Origin: Podarcis cretensis
Lineage: Eukaryota
Length of the DNA: 64,000 bases
Reading direction: 5' to 3'
Assembly: GCA_951804945.1 (NCBI GenBank)
Contig: OX638155.1
Span: 5,394,001 to 5,458,000 of the forward strand
In this document: piece by piece, positions 53,893 through 64,000 of the stretch
Position numbering within the stretch: position 1 is the stretch's first letter
Layout of the letters: each line of letters starts with the position of its first letter
Notes under the pieces: model-generated
The model's database searches: none
Seen by the model: the letters and a program-made list of their open reading frames with translations, nothing else
Told to the model about the DNA's origin: nothing
Made by a program: the position numbers and the translations under genes

Positions 53893-55319
53893 TATGATTC
53901 TTAAGATGAGATGCCTGTGCTTGGGTAGAAAGGACACTGAGGGAGGGAAGGGCAGATTGCTATTCACCCGGGTACTAGTGAATTTTATACCATCCTTGTT
54001 TGCCATGCCTTTCTGTTGGTGTACACTAAGGCTATGTAAACACTAGCAGCTTAAAACACAACGAGGTAGATTTTCCTAGCTACATTTCAAGTCACATTTG
54101 CACATTGCTTGCACACACCAGAGAGGGGACAGGGTCCAAGATGTCTTCACTGGTGCACTTTATCAATGGTACTGAAAGCTGCTGAGATATCACGCAAAAG
54201 AATCAAGGATTGTCATCCGTCAGAGAGACCAAGGCTTATTCAGTCCTGAACTCAGGCATCAACCAGACTGGAATGGATCCAGAAAATCATTCTCATCCAG
54301 GAATGTTGCAGTTGTTCCACCACAACTCTTTCAATCATCTTCCCCAGAATGAAGCTACTTGTGACTTGGTAATAGTTGCTGCAAGCCAATTTGTCCAGGG
54401 CTGGCTTTTTCAGTAGTGCCCACACTAACTTCTTTAAGTCAGCAAGTGCCACTCCTTCATGCAAAAATAAAAATAAAGACTTTTGCCGCTTGGACCCATC
54501 CAGTCAACCCACAGGCTCAATTTCAACAGCCAAGATGGGCAGGGATTGAGAGGGTATCCCTGCAAGCACCCTGTCCATGTCTTCAGGCTGCAGAAGCTGA
54601 AACTGACCCCACAAAGTTGTAGACAAAATAGCATTCAACGCATTGTTGTACATGAGTGGAAGGGCTAGTCAAGCACAATGACCCAGAGGGCAAAGGTGGC
54701 CCAACAAAATTCAGATTCAAAGGTGTTACAAAAGAAAAGAAAAAACTAAAAGTGTATGCAAGCAAGTGGTTCCAAATAAGATAACTTATGACCGTCAAAT
54801 ACACATAGGACACCTACAGTACATGCAGCATGTTTAACTGATTGTCAATTTTATAAGCCCTCCTTCAGAACAGGACTGTCAAAGAGGCTAGAGGCCCCAT
54901 TTTACAAAGAAGGAGAAGCAAAGCATAATAATAAAGGACTAGTCCAATATCAGCCCAACTCGCTGGCCATTCCTCATTTTCCCTCCTCTAGTAACTCCCT
55001 CTTTCTTTCTAAGGCAAACTATTCTTGCCTCTGTTTTCCCTGACTTAATTTGTGTAAGGACTCTCCAGAACGTAGTCTAAGAATCTGTCTTCAATAGCAG
55101 ACCTGAACCTGTAATATGGGAAGAAAAGCATGTCTGAGCAGGTGCAGAGTGCTTTCCCCTCACTATTAAATGACTGCTGTCTTCTACCACCCTTGTTGTT
55201 GTTGTTTAGTTGTTTAGTTGTGTCCAACTCTTCGTGACCCCATGCACCAGAGCACGCCAAGCCCTCCTGTCTTCCACTGCCTCCCGCAGCTTGGTCAAAC
55301 TCATGCTGGTAACTTCGAG

Positions 55320-55560
55320 TTACAGATAGGTAGCCGTGTTGGTCTGCCATAGTCAAAACAAAAAAAATTCCTTCCAGTAGCACCTTAAAGACCAACTAAG
55401 TTAGTTCTTGGTATGAGCTTTCGTGTGCATGCACATGAAGTATCTGAAGAAGTATCTGAAGAAGTGTGTATCTGAAGAAGTGTGCATGCACACGAAAGCT
55501 CATACCAAGAACTAACTTAGTTGGTCTTTAAGGTGCTACTGGAAGGAATTTTTTTTGTTT
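55320..55560. mobile_element. Penelope-like-element-derived palindromic insertion
   Basis: TSD TGGTAACTTCGAG at 55307-55319 / 55561-55573; ~80-bp inverted arms; pLTR-like GTAGCCGTGTTGGTCTG...GCACCTTAAAGACCAAC...GAGCTTTCGTG. Confidence 0.75.
55468..55505 (+). ncRNA. Minimal type I hammerhead ribozyme motif
   Basis: Stem I GTAT/ATAC, core CTGAAGA, stem II GTGTG-CATG-CACAC, GAAA, palindromic stem III AGCT, cleavage triplet CTC. Confidence 0.7.
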
Positions 55561-56127
55561 TGGTAACTTCGAGAACACTGTCCAACCATCTTGTCCTCTG
55601 TCGTCCCCTTCTCCTTGTGCCCTCCATCTTTCTCAACATCAGAGTCTTTTCCAGGGAATCTTCTCTTCTCATGAGGTGGCCAAAGTATTGGAGCCTAAGC
55701 TTCAGGATCTGTCCACTCTACACACTAAATATTCACCAGCAGTTTACCTCTGAGTGAAGGCGTAGGCAAGGCTATGTAGCAAAAAATCTGAGCCCACATC
55801 TCCGAACACACACACGACTTCCCTCCCTCATTCCAGCAACCCTACTCCCACATTGGGAGAAGACACTTCAAAAAAAAACCATGTGATTGTACTTTGAATT
55901 AGGTTGATTAAATATATATCTAAGATGGAAATTGTCATTAGATCAATAGTCACTGATTACTTTTGACACAATCCTGTTGATGAGGAGGTACACTGTGTAA
56001 TCTCCATTGAGCTTTCTAGACAGGGTGCAGTATGTTAATGGAAGTTTGTTTTTATACCTATTATTAAATAAAAAGGAATGAAATGTTATTTTTGCAGTTT
56101 TTTAAAACACTGCATTTACTGACTGAT

Positions 56128-56145
56128 CCATTGGGTGTCACTGTT
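56128..56145 (+). promoter_or_regulatory. CSE of the second gamma gene (CGCT changed to CACT)
   Basis: CCATTGGGTGTCACTGTT with an upstream TGCATTT module, 228 bp before ATG 56356; aligns with the first gamma gene's GTGTCGCTGTT. Confidence 0.68.
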
Positions 56146-56355
56146 CACCAGTAAGGAGAGAAACTGGATTGAACCAGCTAGACCACCGAGATGCAAAAAC
56201 ACAAAAGGTTTATTATAATCTCTGACCTAAAAGAAAAAGGAGGATCTTGTTTGATGGAAAATAAAAGGAAGTCTTAAATAGGCACATTAGTCTGTTAAGA
56301 GAGCCTAGTTTGGTGCCTGTTATCTGTGGACTGATAGGACCTGGCAGAGGCTGAA

Positions 56356-58773
56356 ATGGCTTGTATACAGACACTCTTGGATAGAAGGAGACAGTCATCC
56401 TGCCTTGTGCTGCTGGCTGTTTTTCAGGCAGTTACTGGACAGATCCATTATTCAGTTCCTGAGGAACTGCAGGAAGGTTCTTTTGTTGGGGATATCTCAC
56501 AGGATCTGGGATTGGATATGAAGCAACTCTTGCCTGGTGGTGTCCAGATTATTACAGAAGGTAGGACACAATATTTTGCCCTCAATTTCCAAAATGGTCA
56601 TTTATATATTAATGAAAGACTAGATAGAGAAGAAATATGTGGACGTCTGTTAACTTGTATTTTGAAGCTGGAGATTCTTATTCAGGAGCAGCTAAAAGTC
56701 TATACAGTAGAAATTGAAATCGAAGATATCAATGACAATGCACCGGCATTCCAAGTGGAGACATTACAGCTAAATATCCGAGAAAATACAGCTGTGGGAT
56801 CTCGATTTCTTCTTCCAGATGCACAAGACCCAGACTTAGGAGCGAACTCTTTACAGAGCTATCAAATCAGCCCTAACAGACACTTCTTTCTTGATGTGCA
56901 AATGACAGCAAGTGGAGCCAAATATGCTGAGTTAGTACTGGAAAGGTCTATGGATCGAGAAGTAGAAGCTTTCCATGACTTAATCCTTACAGCCAGTGAT
57001 GGGGGGAATCCTGTCAAATCTGGAACTGCACACATCAAAGTTTCCGTTGAAGATGCAAATGACAATGCACCAGTTTTTTCAGAATCTGTTTATAAAGTGA
57101 CCACTGCAGAAAACATTCCTGTTAATTCCCTGCTTGTAACAGTCAATGCTACTGATCTGGATGAAGGCATTAATTCAGAGATAACATATGCATTCAGGCA
57201 GGTATCAGAAAAGGCTTCGAATAGTTTCCATTTGGATCCGAGAACTGGAGAAGTAAGGGTGAGGCAGGAGATAGATTTTGAAGAATGTGCTTTGTATGAA
57301 ATGGAGGTTCAAGCTCGTGATGGAAGAGGGTTATCAGGTCGAGCAAATATTTTGTTGGCTATTACCGATGTAAATGATAATGCACCAGAAATTGCAGTCA
57401 CATCTCTTACTAATGCTGTGAGTGAAGACTGCCCAGAAGGAACTATAATTGCACTGTTAAAAGTAATAGACAGGGATTCAGAAGACAATGGGCTGGTTAC
57501 ATGCTCCATCTTTGGCAACCCGCCATTTCATTTAGAGAAAACGTTTGATAATTATTACAGTTTAGTGACTAGCGGAACCCTGGACCGAGAAGATGTATCT
57601 AATTACAATGTTACAGTTATTGCAACAGATAAAGGAAATCCTCCTCTCTCCACAACCACCACTATTCAGCTGAAAATATTAGATAAAAATGATAATCCAC
57701 CCACCTTTAAAAAGAGGTCCTATGTTACTTCAATTACAGAAAATACTTCAGCTGGATCCTCTCTTTTAACACTAAAAGCAACTGATCCTGACTGGGAGAT
57801 GAATGGCAAAATTACTTATTCAATCACTGAAGGTGAGATGAGTTATTCCTACTTCTCATCCTGCCTTTCTATAAACTCTGAGACTGGAGTAATCTATGCC
57901 CTACGATCCTTTGATTATGAAGAGATTAAAGAGATTAATTTCCTGGTCAAGGCTCAGGACGGAGGGTCTCCACCACTCAGCTCCAACGTCTCAGTGACTC
58001 TCTTCATCCTGGACCAGAATGACAATCCTCCCCAAATCCTTTACCCCTCCCCTCCCACTGATGGCTCCACAGGGATAGAGCTGGCCCCTCGCTCCTCTGA
58101 GCCAGGCTACTTGGTCACTAAGGTGGTGGCCGTGGATGCGGACTCTGGCCAGAATGGCTGGCTCTCCTACCAGCTGATCAAGGCCACCGAGCCAGGGCTC
58201 TTCACTCTGGGGCTTCACACGGGAGAGATCAGGACAGCCCGCTTCTTTCTGGAGAAAGATGCCCTCAAGCAAAGCTTGGTGGTTTTAGTCAAGGACAATG
58301 GGCAGCCTCCAATGTCGGCTTCAGTCACTGTCACTGTGGTCTTGGCTGACAACATCCCTGACATGCTGACTGATTTGGGCACCATCTCAGCTCCTATCAG
58401 TCTTGAGTCTGACCTCACCTTCTACCTGGTGACTGCAGTGGCTTTTGTTTCCTGCTTGTTCTTCACTTTCCTCCTTGTATTATTGGTACTAAGGCTTCGC
58501 AAGTGGAGACATTCTCAGTTGTGTGACACTGGAAGTGCAAATTTAAATGGGGTTCCTGTTTCACAGTTTGTAGGCGTTGATGGAGTCAGGGCATTTCTTC
58601 AGACTTATTGCCATGAGTTTTCACTGACTTCGGGCTCTCGGAAAAGTCAGATTTTTTTCCCCATTGAAAGCTGTACAAACACGCTGGCAGGACATCAGGC
58701 TTCTCAAATCTCTGGACCTTTGTTTACTACAAATGATTCAAATATCAATAAGGAAGGGCAGAGCTGCGAACAG
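56356..58773 (+). CDS. PCDHGA: Protocadherin gamma-A-type variable exon 2 (unspliced ORF ends at 58800)
   Basis: 814-aa ORF with [10 protein letters not shown], six EC repeats, TM and [21 protein letters not shown]...SRKSQIFFP; donor CAG|GTATGT at 58773/58774. Confidence 0.92.
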
Positions 58774-60223
58774 GTATGTTTTGCTTTCACTAAACTTTGA
58801 AAAGTTTTTATAAAACCTTATGTCAGTATATTGATCTAGTTGAATTATTTTTACCTTTTATTTGATGTTCAAGAATAACTTCACTGCAACTAAACAAGTG
58901 TTTCTGTAAGAATCACTGTAAGAACTAAAACATTTAAAAATCTTGATCATCTTGAAGATAATTTTGCCCTTTTTGACTTAATTCACACTGTAATTTGCTG
59001 TTTCTCATTTAATCTAAGTTTAACTCACTTCTTAAGAAACCTCTCCTTTGTTTAATGTTTTGGTTTAAATAAAAGTGGATTGTTGCCACCCCAATCTCCA
59101 AGCAATGTAAGATTCCATGGATTCCAGGTGCTTACCTTTTGGAATGAGGGACAGTGGAGATTGTGGTGTCTTTATGATATATTGTTTATTTACACATATA
59201 TGCAACCTGAGCCTATGATGGAGGGGTTTTGCTTCCACCATAGCCAAACCTTGGATTCAACCAGAAATCAGACGTAACTCTGTATCCCAACTTCCCAGCC
59301 TGCAGACTCTCTTCTACCTTCCAGCTCACATAACTAAACTCTCCATTCTGGCCTTTATCCTTCTAACTACTGGTTTGTTGAGGGAGGAAAGCCCACCCTT
59401 TGTCATGCGGCACAGAGACACTTCCTTTGTTACCTTAAAGGTCCATACTTAGAGGGCCATTATCTCATCAGGAAGTTAGCCTAGCTATTCCAGGAATTGA
59501 ATCCATGCTGGATTCATGAATTAGAAGGGAGGCAAGACATACAGCCTTTCCCTTCCTCCAAACTCATAACAGTATTTAAATAAGAAGAAGAAACAGGGAG
59601 GTCTTCATCTGCTTCAAAGTCCAAGCCAGAGAGTAAAGCATAGCAGTATTCAAGGTGGGAGATGCCTAGAGAATTTTAGGTAAGGGAATAGATAGCTGAA
59701 TCAGTTGTAGGGGAAAGTGGTGGACTGAATATGGGAAGCACCGGAGTAGGGGCTCAAGAATAAAGCAACATTCATATGTGGTCAGCAAGCTGGTTGGTGA
59801 AATTGTCGATTTGGTATGTGCTTTGGCTATTCAAAAAAAAAATCTCCGGACTCTCTAATAAGACCCTCTTAAAATGCAGCTGAGCTTTTGTGTATCTGCA
59901 ACACTAAAGTTCATTTTTTCATGATTGTAGATGATTCCTCACATTCTACTCTATCACATGCTTTTTCGGGAAAGTAAAAGAAGACTAGTTCCACTGCCTG
60001 TATCTTAATCGAGAGTTTTAAAAGTTCCAAACTTTTAAATCTTTAACTCCATGTTGGACTAAACTGACGTGCCCAGGCACTTCATTGCCCAATTTCTCCC
60101 TATCATAATGATCATGTGACAGAAGAGCAATCCAACCACAGGGAGCACCCCTAGTAGCAGGGCAGGAATGAATATAAAAATTAATTTATTGTTGCAGTAT
60201 GCTACAGATTGTGAATGGCTGGG

Positions 60224-60288
60224 CACCAGAGTTGTATCTGAGAAATGCCATCCAGAGGAGCTGCTAAGTAGCAATGGAGCTTATTCAT
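60224..60288. repeat. 65-bp perfect inverted copy of 61690-61754
   Basis: CACCAGAGTTGTATCTGAGAAATGCCATCCAGAGGAGCTGCTAAGTAGCAATGGAGCTTATTCAT is the exact reverse complement of 61690-61754. Confidence 0.95.
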
Positions 60289-60859
60289 GGCTGGGTCAGC
60301 ATTTGTGGGATGGCAATATAAGCCTTGCTTTATAGCAAAAATTGCACCTCAGCTACATTGCAGTTGCACGTGGGGTTCCACTGGCAGACATCTTGCATCA
60401 ATTTATTTAGTGAATTTTATTCTATTTTACCATTGTTAAGTTTTATTGGTATCAAGGTTTGTGGATGGTGTTATTTCCATGTTATGGAGCTCTATTACTA
60501 TCATTTCGTAACAGCAAAATCAGTAGTGCTGTTCATAATGTCAGAGGCATGGAAGTTTTCCTTTATTTATATTCTATATTCTATTTTTTTTCCCCTACAC
60601 ATGAATGAAATGGTGTCAGTATTCTCACTCTCACCCCAGTCCCACCAGTAGTTTTCCCATCCTAATGCAGATATTTGGCGGGGGGGAGCAACTTTATACA
60701 AAACAGGATGAACACTGAATCACTAATCAACTTCATTGCCTTCCTACAGAACGTCTATCTTGTCTGGACTGAGCTTTGGTTTATTAGCCCATATCCAACG
60801 CATTACTATACTAAGCACCTTTTAAGAACATTCATTGTGTCATCTACACTAGACAAAGA

Positions 60860-61400
60860 GGAGAAATAGAGCTGGGTGTCGTTAGCATAGTGATGATGCC
60901 TCATTATCATCTCCAGATAATTTCCTCCTACAGCTGGGTACATGTTACTCAATAGAATAAATGTTGTGGAGTGAAATAGAAGTACTACAGTATAACTTTT
61001 TGGGACTAACCTGACAGAGAAGAACAGAACCAAAGGGACACAATGCCTCGAAACCAGAAGATGATTCAGAAGTATATTATAACTGATACATCAAATTGAT
61101 AGCATTTGAGAGATCCAGGAGAATCAACAGGACTGCACTCCATGTGTTCCTCTCCTAGCACATGTTTTCTGTGGGGGGTGACCAAAGTGCCCCCAAACCA
61201 TGACAGAATTCAGACTGAAATAGATCCAAATAATCCATTTCATCCAGGCATGTCTGAGGTTGAGAAGCCACTGTCTAGTAAAGCCACTTGCCCAAGAAAG
61301 GGGGATTAGCAATTGGCCAATTGCAGGGGGGGGGGGAATCATCCATATATTTTTAAGGAGTAGTCTCAGAGGTGCCTCCTTCAAGGCTGCTGGGATCTTC
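60860..61400 (-). mobile_element. Degraded L2 reverse-transcriptase fragments
   Basis: Minus-strand HHYANDTQLYFS (YADDTQLY RT motif) and IPAALKEA...LLLK; similar remnant near 54190-54420. Confidence 0.6.
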
Positions 61401-62442
61401 TCTTCTTTAAGGAAGTACTTATTGCCACCTGAACCCAATTTACTACCCCTTCTGGGTTGACGCTGTGGTGGGCAACAAGAGTTGAACATAGAGGGGGAAC
61501 ACCTCTCCGATAATATTAAGCTGCAAACAACATTAAGTTGCAATAGTAAAAATTCATTCCAGCAAAAGGGTCTGGATGGGGCCACAGGAACTTCCAGTCC
61601 TATAAGCAATCCATCACTCAAGTCGTTTTTATATGAAATGCTTTGGGAATAAGTCACACTGGATCATTGAAGATTCTTATAAATTGCAGATGAATAAGCT
61701 CCATTGCTACTTAGCAGCTCCTCTGGATGGCATTTCTCAGATACAACTCTGGTGGATGTGAAGGAATCTCTGTTCACCACAATCATTACCATGACTGAAC
61801 ATGTAAAACAGGCTCTAGCCTGTGTGCAGTAACATTGCTTCTACACCCTGTGTTTTAGACATTTCATTCATGATTCCTGTGATCTTTTTATTTTAAAAAA
61901 GGATGGAGAAATCAGCATTATCTAATAAATGTGGGTGGAGATACACCAGCATTTCTACTTTTTTAAATGTCTGAATGAGATGTAGAACCATATTTTAAAG
62001 GCAGTGCTTTAAATGCTCACAATTATATGGTTAGTAAAGGTAAAAATTATTTCTGTTACACAACAAAGCAATATTTTAACTGTAAGGAGTTAAACTATAA
62101 GCAGCTAGTAAGAAGGAAATGACATAATCAGATAATTGCTTCTGATGCATAACTTAATAAAACCAAGGTATTTGGATTTAAACTGAAACAAACTAAAAGA
62201 CTGTAGCCCAGCATATGCTTTGTGTGCAAAAGATTTCAAGTATAATCCATAGAATTTCAGAAAAGCTTGGAAAGTCTCGTCTCTGAAGAAACCCTGGAGA
62301 AACCCACAGTATCTCAGGCAATGTTAGCTGTTTGCAGGTGAAGTGGGAATCTTTTGACTCTCATTCCCTGATCAGCCTTGAAGGGAGTTATTTTTGTCAA
62401 CTTGTTCCAAATTAAGCAAGTCATTTTCTTAAGCATCTAGAC

Positions 62443-62628
62443 CAGGGATAGTCAACCTTTTTATACCTACCGCCCACTAGTGCATCTTTCTTGATGGTAA
62501 ACTTTCCTTACCTCCCACCAGTGCTCAATGGAAGGAGTATTCACCTTGTGCCGTAGAACACCCTATGGCCCACCTAGAATCCTGAAATGCCCACTAGTGG
62601 GTGGTAGGGACCAGGTTGACAACCCCTG
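62443..62628. mobile_element. hAT-type MITE
   Basis: TIRs CAGGGATAGTCAACC / GGTTGACAACCCCTG; 8-bp TSD ATCTAGAC / ATCTAGAT. Confidence 0.85.
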
Positions 62629-63072
62629 ATCTAGATAATTAGATATGACCAGCAGATCCAGTGAAGGTGGAAATCAAAAACACCCAAAGCATTAAGAATT
62701 GCTTATCTAACCCAGCCTTCCAGTGACTTGTGGGGACCTCAGATGAGTGGCACTCTAGGACAATGCTTGGGCTCATTCACACACACACCCTAAAAAAAAA
62801 ACCCTTACAGGCAGATGGCCCTGGCGGAATCTTCCCAGCACACTTTGAATGTGCATAGGCAAGAAACAGCAAGCTTCTTCAGTTGATCAGAGGTCAGGTG
62901 TGCCAACTTGAATAAAATACTGTGAGGGTTCAGGTAGGCCCTGCCCCGCATAATTGATCACATGATGCAGAACCCCCACATTTGAATGGGAATGCCCATC
63001 AACTTTGTGGGGGTCCAGCCCCCTCCAGCATTTCCCCCAGAGTGGCTGGAGAAACGCAGCCAGATGGGCGGG

Positions 63073-63539
63073 TGTGGCGTTTGCCCTCCTAGGTGTGTGA
63101 CATCATACTGGGTTCAACAGGAAAGCGTTAACTAATTGTAAAATGACTAACCTATAGGAACCCAAGGAGAGGAGTTAGAGTTGTTAAGAAGTCAGTCTGG
63201 AGTCAGAGAAGAGAGAGGGAGGATTAGTCTGTGGGTTGGGCTAGTCTGATGTGAGAGAGTGAGAGAAACTGTTAAGTTGAGATAATCAGTCAGAAGGTAT
63301 TAGGAAGGTATAGGCCGGTAAAGAAACTAAGGATAAGAAACTGACAAGAAAATTAACTGAGAAACCATACTTGTTAATGTTTACAAAATAAACTTGTTTA
63401 TTTGATTTAATTTTAACAACTGTCCGGACTCAGTGTGTACCTGAGAGTAACGGGTTGGTGGCAGCGGGGAAGCGAGCACAGTGGTGGCACTTGGATCAAT
63501 AGATCGTCAAACGTCCGGGGACCCTGTGTGATTGCCACA
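63073..63539 (+). mobile_element. Solo LTR (Gypsy/ERV-like), 467 bp
   Basis: TGTGGC...GCCACA termini, 5-bp TSD GCGGG (63068-63072 / 63540-63544), internal AATAAA; inserted into an L2-type tail. Confidence 0.85.
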
Positions 63540-63548
63540 GCGGGGTAT

Positions 63549-63549
63549 A

Positions 63550-63592
<43 letters not shown>
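63549..63592. repeat. (ATT)n microsatellite (LINE tail)
   Basis: Direct reading; similar tract at 49945-49975. Confidence 0.9.
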
Positions 63593-64000
63593 TTTATTGT
63601 GGGGGCCAAAGGCCTGTAGGAGTTGGCTCCTATGGCCAGAGTCAAGGTAAGGTTGTCCAACCAAGGTAGGTAGCAGAAAATTCTTTTCCAGCTCCTACAG
63701 TTGTAGACTGTAAGGGAGGCTGTCAGTTAAGTAGTTAACCATGTTGCATATAAACTCTTTCACTTAGTGAAATTGTGGCCGAAATTGTGGCCCTACTTCA
63801 GTCTTCATTTTGTTGTCCTCCTGGTATGCTCATTCTAGATATGGAAGCAAAATGCTTATTATCTTTTAAATTCAAGTCCTTTAGTCTAACTGGGTAGAGG
63901 TTTTAAAGACAAGATGGCAATAAAATCAGATATATTTCTAATTTCTAGAAGTTATTTGTGGTAAGAAATGAAAAAATATATAAATATATATATGGCTTCT

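Larger units (their letters stand above)
55193..55714 (-). mobile_element. RTE/BovB-type LINE 3' fragment, interrupted by a nested insertion
   Basis: (CAA)n tail; GTGTCCAACTCTTCGTGACCCCATG and GGTGGCCAAAGTATTGGAG segments typical of BovB 3' ends; split at a 13-bp TSD. Confidence 0.85.

Overview
Eukaryotic (vertebrate) genomic DNA, most likely from a lacertid-type lizard (inferred from Sauria SINEs and squamate repeats). The window spans the 3' end of the clustered protocadherin beta subcluster and the start of the gamma subcluster. Nine intact single-exon beta-type variable exons alternate strictly between two sequence classes (A-B-A-B-A-B-A-B-A; the first is 5'-truncated). After a ~10 kb repeat-rich gap come two gamma-A-type variable exons, all on the + strand. 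Each complete gene has a forward CTCF-like CSE motif 200-280 bp upstream of its ATG, and all 11 exons end in a phase-0 5' splice donor. The intergenic DNA holds SINEs, CR1/L1/L2/RTE fragments, hAT and mariner MITEs, a solo LTR and a Penelope-derived palindrome with a minimal hammerhead ribozyme motif. The most notable signals are: position-conserved donors on all beta genes (possible routine use of the gamma constant exons), a two-class alternating array homogenised within class, CpG-depleted CSEs, a 31-aa EC5 insertion in the first gamma gene, the hammerhead motif, and a 65-bp templated inverted insertion.
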